This document shows positions 8,726 to 17,948 of a stretch of 61,679 nucleotides of DNA, one piece after another. A program made the translations under genes and the position numbers. Numbering within the stretch: the first letter of the stretch is position 1; each line of letters starts with the position of its first letter. The stretch comes from Gemmatimonadota bacterium (GTDB lineage: Bacteria > Gemmatimonadota > Gemmatimonadetes > Gemmatimonadales > GWC2-71-9), in contig JAZDCY010000069.1 in the NCBI GenBank assembly GCA_036679645.1, positions 1-61,679 of the forward strand. The letters run 5' to 3'. Under the pieces are notes generated by a model. The model saw only the letters and a program-made list of their open reading frames with translations. It did not search any database and was not told the DNA's origin.

Positions 8726-9592
8726 CTAGAGTGTCAGTTGCAATCCTTCACGTGCCGTGATCACCTCGACGGCGCACGACAGCTTGTCAGCTTCACCGCG
8801 TGCTTCGTCGAGAAACCCGTCCATCGACGCATCGTCACGCTCCGGCCGGTGGTGAAACAGCATCAGTCGTTTCACCCCTGCCTCGGCTGCCAGCCGGACG
8901 ACCTCGACGTGCGACGAATGTCCCCAGCCCCGGTGCTTCTCGAGCTCATCTTCGGTGTACATCGTGTCGTGGATCATCAGGTCCGCGTCCGCGATGAACC
9001 CCTCGAGCTCCTTGCGCCATCCGGAACCAACCTCATACTGCCCACCCGCCCCAAGTTCGTTATCGGTGATGTAGGCCAGATCCGGCCCACCACCTTTGGG
9101 TGCTAGTCGGTACCCCAGCGTGACACCCGGGTGCCGCAGGCGCATGGCCTGTACGGCGAATCCGTCCACCTCGAACGTCCCGGGCTCCACATGATGCACC
9201 GCGAGTTCCGAGGCCAGTTGATCCAGCGGCACCGGAAAGACCACCGGGTTCATTTGATCCCGCAGAATCCGTTCCAGCGCCACCTCACCCTGCTTCGGGC
9301 CCCAAATCCGGACGGTGCTGGCCTGGCCCGGAGCGAAAAATGGGAGCCCCTGGATATGGTCCCAATGCGTATGGGTGACCAGGAGGTCCGCGTTCAGGGC
9401 GTCCGTGCCCGAAGCAGCCAGCGCCTTCCCGAGCATCCGAATGCCCGTTCCGGCATCGAGGATGACGAGGCGGTCTCCCTTCCCGTCGATCTCGACCGAG
9501 ACGCAGGCCGTGTTGCCCCCGTACCGGGAGGTCTGCGGTCCCGGCGTCGGGATTGACCCGCGCGCACCCCAGACGGTTAGCCGATACGCCAT
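8726..9592 (-). CDS. MBL-fold metallo-hydrolase (phosphodiesterase-like)
   Basis: WGARGSIPTPG..YGGNT, THTHWDH, WGHS, LFHH. Confidence 0.9.
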   Translation of the reverse strand: MAYRLTVWGARGSIPTPGPQTSRYGGNTACVSVEIDGKGDRLVILDAGTGIRMLGKALAASGTDALNADLLVTHTHWDHIQGLPFFAPGQASTVRIWGPKQGEVALERILRDQMNPVVFPVPLDQLASELAVHHVEPGTFEVDGFAVQAMRLRHPGVTLGYRLAPKGGGPDLAYITDNELGAGGQYEVGSGWRKELEGFIADADLMIHDTMYTEDELEKHRGWGHSSHVEVVRLAAEAGVKRLMLFHHRPERDDASMDGFLDEARGEADKLSCAVEVITAREGLQLTL

Positions 9593-9681
9593 GGGGGCCG
9601 CCCTTGTCCCATCGCTTCCAAGTTAGGAATCACTGGGGAGTTGCGGCTAGCAGAGCGGTCACGCGGTCTGGGTGACATGGC

Positions 9682-10353
9682 TCACCCGAGTCCTGCCGCC
9701 GCCTCTAAAGCGTTGCGGTTCTTGATGATAATGGCCTTTCGCTGTACCTCGATCAGGCCGCGATCTGCAAGCTCCCGCATGGTTCGGGAGACCGTCTCGC
9801 GGCTCGAACCGATCATCTGCGCAATCGTATGATGGGTCACCTTCCGAGTGATAATCGTTCCATCGGTCTCGTCGGCAAACTCCAGCACCAGTCGGGCGAC
9901 CCGGCCAAGGACGTCCAGCAACACGAGCGACCCAATCTTGTCGTCCGCGCGCCGCAGCCGGCGTGAGAGCGCCCGCAGGAGACCCAAGGCGATGCGTGGA
10001 TGCTTGTCCAGCGCCGCGTGGAAGTCCTCCCGGCGGAGGACCAGGAGCCTCGCGTCCTCCATGGCGATGACATGGGCCGACCGCGGTTCGTCATCGATCA
10101 GGGCCATTTCCCCGAAAAAATCTCCCTCCCCGAGCACCGCGAGAATGACCTCGCGTCCATCCTCGCCTACCAGTACCACCTTGACCTGTCCGGTGACCAC
10201 CACATAGAGCGCGTCGCCAGGATCGTCCTCGAAGAGGATGACGCTGTTGCGGGGGTACGCGCGTTCCCGGGCGAGTGGTGCCACACGCGCCAACTCCTCG
10301 TCGGCCAGACGAGCGAAGAGGGGAACGCCGCGCAGCGTGTCGGAGACGGACAT
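9682..10353 (-). CDS. Crp/Fnr-family cyclic-nucleotide-binding transcriptional regulator
   Basis: FFGEMAL..PRSA cNMP pocket; HTH GSSRETVSR. Confidence 0.95.
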   Translation of the reverse strand: MSVSDTLRGVPLFARLADEELARVAPLARERAYPRNSVILFEDDPGDALYVVVTGQVKVVLVGEDGREVILAVLGEGDFFGEMALIDDEPRSAHVIAMEDARLLVLRREDFHAALDKHPRIALGLLRALSRRLRRADDKIGSLVLLDVLGRVARLVLEFADETDGTIITRKVTHHTIAQMIGSSRETVSRTMRELADRGLIEVQRKAIIIKNRNALEAAAGLG

Positions 10354-10506
10354 GGGTGCGCCTTGGGCGGTGAGATCGGGACGCGCAGAACGCTCAAGAG
10401 TATGCCCCACCGAAGGTCGTGTCAATCAACGTGCCGCAGGCGACGCTTGTCGCCAAGTCGATGTCGTGTTTATATTTCCGGACCTTTTCGGTGAGCGGTA
10501 CGCGGA

Positions 10507-10533
10507 GTAGGGGCGCACGGCCGTGCGCCCCTA
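10507..10533. repeat. GTAG-type REP palindrome
   Basis: GTAGGGGCGCACGGCCGTGCGCCCCTA; related copies at 45169-45213 and 57415-57439. Confidence 0.75.
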
Positions 10534-10562
10534 GGGCCGCGCACAACGTCGAGGAACCCGAA

Positions 10563-10775
10563 GTGAAAGCAGATATTCACCCCAAGTACCCGCGCACCGT
10601 CGTGAAGTGTGCGTGCGGCAACACGTTTGAGACACGGTCGACCCTCGAGTCGATCCACGTCGAGATCTGCGCGCTCTGTCACCCGTACTTCACCGGGAAG
10701 CAGAAGCTCGTCGATACCGCGGGCCGAGTCGAGCGGTTCCAGCGACGCTACGCCAAGGCCGGCAAGGGAGCTTAG
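10563..10775 (+). CDS. rpmE: 50S ribosomal protein L31 (Zn-binding type)
   Basis: [26 protein letters not shown]. Confidence 0.97.
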   Translation: MKADIHPKYPRTVVKCACGNTFETRSTLESIHVEICALCHPYFTGKQKLVDTAGRVERFQRRYAKAGKGA

Positions 10776-10778
10776 CTC

Positions 10779-11834
10779 ATGGAAGCGCGGCTCCAGGCCG
10801 CGCTCGACCGTGTGGCGGAAGTCGAAGAGGAGCTTGCCAATCCGGCAACCGCACGGGACCCGCAGAAGCTGAAGTTGCTCGGACGGGAACATGCCCGCCT
10901 CGAACGCATCAGGCAGACCGCAGCGACCCTCGACAAGTTGGAGGACGAACTCGCGCAAGCGCGGGAGTTGTCGCGCGACGCCGACCCGGCCATGGCGGAG
11001 CTGGCTCGCGCCGACGTCGATCGTGTTGAGCCAGAGCTGGAGCGGCTGCGGGACGCGTTGCATGACCTGCTCATCCCGCCCGATCCGCTCGATGACCGCG
11101 ATGTCATCGTCGAGATCCGCGCGGGCACGGGTGGGGATGAAGCCGCCCTCTTCGCTGCGGATCTCTTGCGGATGTACACCCGGTTCGCCGAGCGCCATAA
11201 ACTTCGGGTCGAGGTGCTCGAACTGTCGGAGGGGAAAGTCGGTGGTGTAAAGGAAGCGATCTTCGTTGTGCGCGGCGAACGGGCCTACGGCATGTTGCGG
11301 CACGAATCGGGAGTTCACCGGGTGCAGCGGGTCCCCGAGACGGAAGCGCAGGGGCGCATCCACACATCCGCCGCGACGGTCGCCGTCCTGCCGGAAGCGG
11401 AAGAGGTTGATGTCTCGATCGAAGAGAAAGAACTCAAGATCGATGTGTTCCGGTCGTCCGGTCCCGGTGGCCAGAGTGTGAACACCACCGACAGCGCGGT
11501 CCGCATCACGCATCTCCCAACAAATCTGGTCGTCACCTGTCAGGATCAGAAATCGCAGCTGCAGAACAAGCTCCGCGCCATGGAGGTCCTGCGGGCGCGG
11601 TTGCTCGACCGCATGGTAGCGGAACTGGAAGCCGAACGATCCCGTGAGCGACGCGCGATGGTCGGTACCGGCGACCGGTCGGCGAAGATCCGCACGTACA
11701 ACTTCCCGCAAAACCGTGTGACGGATCACCGTATCAGCTACACGACGCATCGGCTCAGCGAGATCCTGGACGGTGACCTAGCCGAACTGATCGACAAGCT
11801 GCAGGGAGCGCACAAGGCGGAGCGGGTGGCGTGA
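10779..11834 (+). CDS. prfA: peptide chain release factor 1
   Basis: PET motif, GGQ motif, RTYNFPQNR. Confidence 0.98.
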   Translation: MEARLQAALDRVAEVEEELANPATARDPQKLKLLGREHARLERIRQTAATLDKLEDELAQARELSRDADPAMAELARADVDRVEPELERLRDALHDLLIPPDPLDDRDVIVEIRAGTGGDEAALFAADLLRMYTRFAERHKLRVEVLELSEGKVGGVKEAIFVVRGERAYGMLRHESGVHRVQRVPETEAQGRIHTSAATVAVLPEAEEVDVSIEEKELKIDVFRSSGPGGQSVNTTDSAVRITHLPTNLVVTCQDQKSQLQNKLRAMEVLRARLLDRMVAELEAERSRERRAMVGTGDRSAKIRTYNFPQNRVTDHRISYTTHRLSEILDGDLAELIDKLQGAHKAERVA

Positions 11835-12787
11835 CGATCGAACGGTTTTTGACTGAGGCCGAGGAGCGGCTAGCGGCGGCGGGTGTCGGTGATCCGCGGA
11901 GGGAATCGCTCATCCTTTGGGCCGCCGTATCGGGCGTCTCGCCCGGGCAGGCGTGGCTCGATCGGCGCGACGCTGCTGGAGCACGGATGGCCGGCCCGTA
12001 CGAGGTAGCTGTTCGCCTTCGTGTCGATGGCGTGCCCGCGGCATACGCATCGCGTAGGGCCGCATTTCGCCATCTCGACCTCTATGTCGACGAGCACGTC
12101 TTGATCCCGCGACCGGAGACCGAGGGTCTCGTACAGCACGTGCTCTCGCATTTCACCCAGCGACGCCCCTCCGCGTCATCGCCTCTATCATCGCCCCCTA
12201 CATCGCGCGGGGGCGAGGAGTGGGGCTGGGGAGCGGCCGCCGACATCGGTACCGGCTCCGGCTGCATCGCGCTGAGCCTGGCGCTCGAGGGGAACTTCGA
12301 TTCCGTGATTGCGACCGACGTATCGGAGGAGGCGCTGCAAGTGGCTAGGCGGAATGGCGGAATGGCGGAATGGCGTAAGAGTGCGGATGGGCATTTTCCG
12401 CCCTTCCGCCCTTCCGCCATTCCGCCTGTCGACTTCCGCCGCGGAGACCTCCTCGCTCCGCTCGCAGGGGAACGGCTCTCCGCCATCGTCTCCAACCCAC
12501 CGTACATCGCGGCATCCGAGTGGGAGGTGCTCGACCCGTGTGTGCGCGACCACGAGCCGCGCGTTGCCCTGGTGTCGGGGATGGACGGACTCGAGCACAC
12601 GCACCGGTTGTTGGAAGGGGCGCGGGAGGCGCTGCGTCCCGGCGGTCTGTTCGCGATCGAGCTAGATTCTAGACGGGCCCAGGAGTCCTTGCGTATCGCT
12701 CGCGAGCACGGGTGGATGAACGCGCGCGTCGAGCCCGATCTCTTTGGTCGCCCGCGCTACCTTATCGCCACGAAGGAGCCGTCGTGA
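11831..12787 (+). CDS. prmC: release factor glutamine methyltransferase with two repeat-derived insertions
   Basis: LIPRPETE, DIGTGSGCIA, NPPY; directly after prfA. Confidence 0.95.
   Translation: MTIERFLTEAEERLAAAGVGDPRRESLILWAAVSGVSPGQAWLDRRDAAGARMAGPYEVAVRLRVDGVPAAYASRRAAFRHLDLYVDEHVLIPRPETEGLVQHVLSHFTQRRPSASSPLSSPPTSRGGEEWGWGAAADIGTGSGCIALSLALEGNFDSVIATDVSEEALQVARRNGGMAEWRKSADGHFPPFRPSAIPPVDFRRGDLLAPLAGERLSAIVSNPPYIAASEWEVLDPCVRDHEPRVALVSGMDGLEHTHRLLEGAREALRPGGLFAIELDSRRAQESLRIAREHGWMNARVEPDLFGRPRYLIATKEPS
12347..12427. repeat. 8-mer periodic inverted repeat inside prmC
   Basis: 4x (A/T)GGCGGAA-like, spacer, 4x TTCCGCCN; 81 nt. Confidence 0.85.
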
Positions 12788-13131
12788 TTCATGACAAGGC
12801 CGCTGAGCTGGGCCGTCTCATCGGCCAGAGCTCCGAGTACAAGGCCCTCCGCCGCGCACACGAGCTGGTGCGCGATCAGGTCGAGTTGAACGAGAAGAGA
12901 GACCGGCTCGCGCAGCTGGCCCAGACTATGGAGCAGACGCCGCTGAACGGCGAGCCTCCGGCAGAGCAGATCGAGGCGTACAACACGCTCCTGAGCGAGA
13001 TTCAGGGCCATCCCAAGTATCAGGGCGTCATCGCGGCAGAATCCAACTTCGACAAGTTGATGTTCAAGGTGAACGAGACGATCCACGAGGGGATGCAGAA
13101 GGGCGCTGAGAGTCAGATCATTACGCTGTAG
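12784..13131 (+). CDS. YlbF/YmcA-family protein
   Basis: DKAAELGRLIGQSSEY..., helical, about 115 aa. Confidence 0.75.
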   Translation: MIHDKAAELGRLIGQSSEYKALRRAHELVRDQVELNEKRDRLAQLAQTMEQTPLNGEPPAEQIEAYNTLLSEIQGHPKYQGVIAAESNFDKLMFKVNETIHEGMQKGAESQIITL

Positions 13132-13159
13132 TGAGGGGGTGCGCGTTGAGCGGTGAGCA

Positions 13160-13801
13160 GTGAGCGGGATTCTTGTTGTTGTGGAGGGGCCGGAGGGAGC
13201 GGGCAAATCAACGCTCGTGCAGGGGGTGGCCCAGCGTGTACGGCAGTCGGGAGCGGACCCGGTGCTTGTGCGGGAACCCGGCGGAACTCCCGTAGCGGAA
13301 GCGGCTCGTAAGGTCTTTCTGGATCCGGAACTCGATACGGGTCCGGTTGCGGAACTCTTCCTCGTGCTGGCCGCCCGCGCCGATCTCGTGGCCAACATCT
13401 TGCGCCCGGCGCTCGAGGCGGGCCGCATCGTGATCAGCGATCGGTACGACTACTCGACGATGGCATACCAGGTCATTGGGCGTGGGCTGGATCGCCACCT
13501 GGTGGCGCAGGCCAACACGCTGGCGACGGGAGGCCTTCGGCCCGACCTTACCATTGTGCTCGATGTGCCGGCCGGGGTGGGTCGGGAACGCCAGGCGCAG
13601 GCACAGAAGCGGCCCGACCGGATCGAGCTGGCGGAAGACGACATGCACGAGCGGGTCGCCCGCTTCTTTGCGGATCTTCAAGGCGAGCACATCGTGCACG
13701 TGGACGGCACGCGGCCTGCAGTGGAGGTAGAGCAGCGCGCGTGGGAACTAATGGCACCGCTCGTACGCGAAACAATCGGGGCGCGAGCGGGGTTGAAATG
13801 A
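13160..13801 (+). CDS. tmk: thymidylate kinase
   Basis: EGPEGAGKST, REPGGT, DRY..STMAYQ. Confidence 0.97.
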   Translation: MSGILVVVEGPEGAGKSTLVQGVAQRVRQSGADPVLVREPGGTPVAEAARKVFLDPELDTGPVAELFLVLAARADLVANILRPALEAGRIVISDRYDYSTMAYQVIGRGLDRHLVAQANTLATGGLRPDLTIVLDVPAGVGRERQAQAQKRPDRIELAEDDMHERVARFFADLQGEHIVHVDGTRPAVEVEQRAWELMAPLVRETIGARAGLK

Positions 13802-13828
13802 TGCACGCACCTCGTGGGGAGTTTCTTG

Positions 13829-15460
13829 ATGAAGAGTAAGAATTTCTACGTTCTCGGACTCGTGGGTTTCATAGCGTTCATCTCGGGCGGCTGGCTGCTT
13901 CAGCGTGGCAGCCGCGAAGCGGGCAGCGTCTACCAGCAGGCCCGGCTGTTCGAGAACGTGGTCGCCTATCTCGCGGACTACTACGTCGACCCAATCGACG
14001 AACGCGAGATCTACGATATGGCGATCGACGGGCTCCTCCGAGAACTGGACGATCCCTACACGGTGTTCCTCCGGCCGGCTGATTTCGAGCGACTCAACGT
14101 GAGTACGACGGGGAACTACGGTGGACTGGGCATCCGTATCGAGGTGAGCGATGGCTGGATAACGGTCGTCACCCCCCTCCCAGACACGCCGGCCGAGCGC
14201 GCCGGTGTGCAGGCGGGCGATCGCATCGTCGAGGTCGAAGGGGAATCGACGCACGAGTGGCCCATCGACCGAGCGGTGAGCGTGCTGCGTGGCCCGGCGG
14301 GGGAACCCGCCAATGTCCTGATCGTGCGGCCGGGTGTCCCCGAGCCCATTCCTTTTTCCATCAAGCGTGAGCGGATCCACGTCCGCGCCGTGCAGTTCGG
14401 AACGGTCTTTCCGGGTGGTATCGGCTACGTGCAGTACGTGACGGTCAGCGCGTCGTCGTCGCGCGAATTGGGGGAAGAGGTGGCACGGTTGCAGCAGGAA
14501 GGTGCGACGTCGCTCATCCTCGATCTGCGTAACAATGGGGGCGGGTTGCTCAATGAGGGTGTCGCGGTGTCAGATCTTTTCCTCGACCGCGAGGACGTCG
14601 TTGTTGAGACGCGTGGTCGGGCGCCGGGGGCTTCCGGGGTTTTCCGAGCGTCGCGCGACCAGCAGTGGGCGGACATGCCGCTGATCGTGCTGATGAACGG
14701 CGCGTCGGCCAGCGCGGCAGAGATCATCGCCGGGGCACTCCAGGATCACGATCGCGCTCTCATTCTCGGGACTCCATCGTTCGGGAAGGGGTTGGTGCAA
14801 ACGGTCTACGAGCTGGGCCCGGGCCCACGCGCGTTGAAGATCACGACCGGCCGGTGGTATACGCCGTCGGGACGGGTGCTCGAGCGGCCACAGCAGCGAC
14901 GTCCGGCTCTTGCGGCTGGCGCGGTGGCCGATGGTGAGCAGCCTATTGCGTCTGCGCTCGCGCCGCCGGACTCGGCGCCACAGTTCTTTACGGACGCGGG
15001 TCGCGTGGTCTACGGCGGGGGCGGCATCTATCCGGACCGTGCGGTCGAACTGACCAGCCTGAGCGACGGCGAAGAGGAATTCGCGCGGCGGCTCGGCCGG
15101 CGTGTCCCTGAGTACCGATCGGTGCTCACGACGTATGCCCTCGACATCAAGGGCGAGGGGAACATCACTGAACCCGACTTCGCGGTCACGCCGGCAATGC
15201 GCGGCGAGCTCATAAGCCGTCTCGAGGAGCGCGGCATCGATCTCGATGACGACGTGTGGCGTGGCGCCTCCGAACTGCTCGACCGTGTGCTGGGGTACGA
15301 GGTCGCGCGCTACGTGTTCGGCCGGCCGGCAGAGGTCCAGCGGCAGCTCACGCGCGACGCCCAGGTGCAGGAGGCGCTCTCGCTGCTGCGGTTGGCCGCG
15401 TCGCCTAGCGAGCTGTTCCGGGTGGCTTCCCAGGCGCAGGAGGATGCGTCGCGGAACTAG
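13829..15460 (+). CDS. S41 carboxyl-terminal processing protease (PDZ)
   Basis: LDLRNNGGG, SASAAEI, GKGLVQ. Confidence 0.95.
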   Translation: MKSKNFYVLGLVGFIAFISGGWLLQRGSREAGSVYQQARLFENVVAYLADYYVDPIDEREIYDMAIDGLLRELDDPYTVFLRPADFERLNVSTTGNYGGLGIRIEVSDGWITVVTPLPDTPAERAGVQAGDRIVEVEGESTHEWPIDRAVSVLRGPAGEPANVLIVRPGVPEPIPFSIKRERIHVRAVQFGTVFPGGIGYVQYVTVSASSSRELGEEVARLQQEGATSLILDLRNNGGGLLNEGVAVSDLFLDREDVVVETRGRAPGASGVFRASRDQQWADMPLIVLMNGASASAAEIIAGALQDHDRALILGTPSFGKGLVQTVYELGPGPRALKITTGRWYTPSGRVLERPQQRRPALAAGAVADGEQPIASALAPPDSAPQFFTDAGRVVYGGGGIYPDRAVELTSLSDGEEEFARRLGRRVPEYRSVLTTYALDIKGEGNITEPDFAVTPAMRGELISRLEERGIDLDDDVWRGASELLDRVLGYEVARYVFGRPAEVQRQLTRDAQVQEALSLLRLAASPSELFRVASQAQEDASRN

Positions 15461-15921
15461 CGCCGGCTTGCTATGAACCCCGGGCTGGCGCCCGGCTTGC
15501 TATGAACCCCGGGCTGGCGCCCGGCTTGCTAGGAACCCCGGGCTGGCGCCCGGCTTGCTATGAACCCCGGGCTGGCGCCCGGGGTTTGGTCGAGCTGGTT
15601 CCCTCCGTGCGCGTGTGATCCTGGGCTGACGCCCGGCTTGCTATGAACCCCGGGCTGGCGCCCGGGGTTTGGTCGAGCTGGTTCCCTCCATGTGCGTGTG
15701 ATCCTGGGCTGAACCCGGCTTGCTATGAACCCCGGGCTGACGCCCGGGGTTTGGTCGAGCTGGTTCCCTCCGTGCGCGTGTGATCCTGGGCTGACGCCCG
15801 GCTTGCTATGAACCCCGGGCTGACGCCCGGCTTGCTATGAACCCCGGGCTGACGCCCGGCTTGCTATGAACCCCGGGCTGACGCCCGGGGTTTGGTCGAG
15901 CTGGTTCCCTCCATGTGCGTG
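15461..15921. repeat. mosaic REP-like tandem array (29-bp unit A, 54-bp unit B)
   Basis: Order A4-B-A-B-A-B-A3-B(partial); A-B junctions form the palindrome AACCCCGGGCTG(A/G)CGCCCGGGGTT. Confidence 0.9.
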
Positions 15922-15973
15922 TTGGTCAATTGTGTGAATTGATGGGGATGGGTATCGGCTGTAGACTCCCGGC

Positions 15974-16780
15974 ATGAAGATTGGGATCGTTGGGGCCGGG
16001 CGGGCGGGGCAGGGTTTGGGACTCGCCTTTCATCAAGCCGGACACGAAGTCCGCCTCCACGGGCGACATCCAAGTGACGTTCCTGCTCCACTTGCGGCTT
16101 CCCACACGTTTGGGGGGGATGCCCCGTGGGCCGGAGAGGTCGATGTCATTCTTCTCGCTGTTCAGGATCGCGCCATTCGGCGCGCCGCGGATCAACTCGC
16201 AGCCACTGGGCGGTTCGACGGCCGTCAGGTTGTCCTGCATCTGTCGGGCATCGATGACGAAGGGCCGCTGCAATCGCTACACGAGTTGGTGGCCGGGCTC
16301 GGAACGATGCATCCGCTTCAGTCCATCCCGGATCCCGACTCCGCTCCGGACCGCCTGCGGGGCGCGCTCGCCGCAATTACCGGCAACGAGAAGGCGGTCG
16401 CCGTCGCGCGCGCGCTGGCAGATAGCGTCGGACTGCTCCCGGTCGTCATAGACGTCCGTATCAAGGCTAAGTACCATGCGGCTGCTGTCATTGCGTCGAA
16501 CTTCACCGTCGTGCTTGCGGCGGTCGCGGAGCAGCTACTGCTGGACTGCGGTTTCGAGCGCGCTACCGCTCGCACCGGTCTGGCTCGCCTGATGGAAGGA
16601 ACACTGCAGAACGTCGTGGCCGTGGGTGCTCATGATGCCTTGACCGGTCCGGTGATGCGTGGGGACAAGGAAACGGTCCGAAGGAATCTCGAGGCACTGA
16701 CGCCGGAGGTTGCCCAGCTCTATCGATCGCTCGCCGAGAGTGCGCTGCGGCTGAAGCAACGCGAGCCCGACGGGAGGTAG
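15974..16780 (+). CDS. Rossmann-like + DUF2520 oxidoreductase (PanG-like)
   Basis: GAGRAG, HLSG, MHPLQS, YHAAAVIASN, ALTGPVMRGD. Confidence 0.9.
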   Translation: MKIGIVGAGRAGQGLGLAFHQAGHEVRLHGRHPSDVPAPLAASHTFGGDAPWAGEVDVILLAVQDRAIRRAADQLAATGRFDGRQVVLHLSGIDDEGPLQSLHELVAGLGTMHPLQSIPDPDSAPDRLRGALAAITGNEKAVAVARALADSVGLLPVVIDVRIKAKYHAAAVIASNFTVVLAAVAEQLLLDCGFERATARTGLARLMEGTLQNVVAVGAHDALTGPVMRGDKETVRRNLEALTPEVAQLYRSLAESALRLKQREPDGR

Positions 16781-16781
16781 C

Positions 16782-17930
16782 ACGAGCATCAGTGATGCCG
16801 ACGTTGCACGCCTGCACGCGGAAGCTCCTCTCACCGACGTGCACGCCCATCCGTCAATGAAGGCGTATCTCTTCCGGCGGAACCTCTGGCGCCACTACTA
16901 CTCGGGCAAGGCGTTTGACCCGTTCGCATCACGCACGGACTTCCCCACGCTCGAAAAGGGCGGCGTCGGCGTTGTCTGGTCGGCGCTGCATCTTCCCGAG
17001 CAACGGTTCTTCAAGGAGTGCTTCGCTCTTGGTGCGGCGGCGTTCCTGGCGATCCCCGTGTACCTCCGTATCATGCGGGGCGATCGCATGAAGCGCCTGC
17101 TCGAGATGATGGATGTGATGGAAAAGGAGATCCGGCGCCGGCCCGAGCGCACGGAGTTGGCCACGTCGGTTGCCGAGGTCGACCGTATCCGACGCGACGG
17201 CAAGATCGCGTTTGTCCATACGGTCGAAGGCGCTCACGTCCTGAGCGAAGGCGACCCCGAGCGAGACATCGAGATACTGGCACAGCGCGGCGTGGCGATG
17301 ATCACGCTCACACACTTCTATGCCAACGGGATCGCGACACCGGCCGACGGCGTTCCCAACGATAATTTCGTCAAGAGGGCCTGCTCGTTCAACTTCGGGT
17401 TGAGCACGACGCCCGCGCTGACCGACCGCGGCAAGACGGTGATACGCAAGATGATCGCCGAGCGGATAATCGTAGACATCACTCACTGCAATCCGACAGC
17501 CCGCCAGGCGGCTTACGCCGAGGTCGCGCGCACGGTGCCAATCGTCGCGAGCCACGTGGGCGTCCAACGATACCGGAACGATCCCTACAACTTGACAGAC
17601 GATGAGATACAGGAAATCCAGGCCTCGGGCGGTCTGGTGGGTGTCATCTTCATGCCCTACTGGTTGTCGTCGGACCCCGCGGACCATCACGCCGGGCTTC
17701 CGATCCTCTGGAAGACGATTGAGCACATCTTCACGGTAACGGGATCGTGGGACCACGTTGCGCTGGGAACGGACTTCGACGGATTCACCGACCCGCCGGA
17801 CGACCTGCCCGATGCCGGTGCGCTCGGCGCGGTGACACGTCTCCTCCACGACCGCGGCGTGCCTGAGGACGGCATCAGGAAGATCCTCGGCGGCAATGCG
17901 CTGCGCGTGTTGCGGGCAGGCTGGCGCTAG
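16782..17930 (+). CDS. membrane dipeptidase (M19, amidohydrolase fold); apparent start at ACG 16782
   Basis: DVHAH, VEGAH, LTHF, DITH, ASH, GTDFDG, GGNALRV. Confidence 0.85.
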   Translation, partial: TSISDADVARLHAEAPLTDVHAHPSMKAYLFRRNLWRHYYSGKAFDPFASRTDFPTLEKGGVGVVWSALHLPEQRFFKECFALGAAAFLAIPVYLRIMRGDRMKRLLEMMDVMEKEIRRRPERTELATSVAEVDRIRRDGKIAFVHTVEGAHVLSEGDPERDIEILAQRGVAMITLTHFYANGIATPADGVPNDNFVKRACSFNFGLSTTPALTDRGKTVIRKMIAERIIVDITHCNPTARQAAYAEVARTVPIVASHVGVQRYRNDPYNLTDDEIQEIQASGGLVGVIFMPYWLSSDPADHHAGLPILWKTIEHIFTVTGSWDHVALGTDFDGFTDPPDDLPDAGALGAVTRLLHDRGVPEDGIRKILGGNALRVLRAGWR

Positions 17931-17948
17931 CTAGGAAAGGACGATCCC

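Noticed and set aside
10470..11750. Long antisense ORFs (also 41050-42081, 45039-46043, 55398-56363 and others)
   Set aside because: They are shadows of well-supported genes on the other strand, expected at high GC
15461..15921. CRISPR array
   Set aside because: Intervening sequences are near-identical rather than unique spacers, and there are no cas genes in the window
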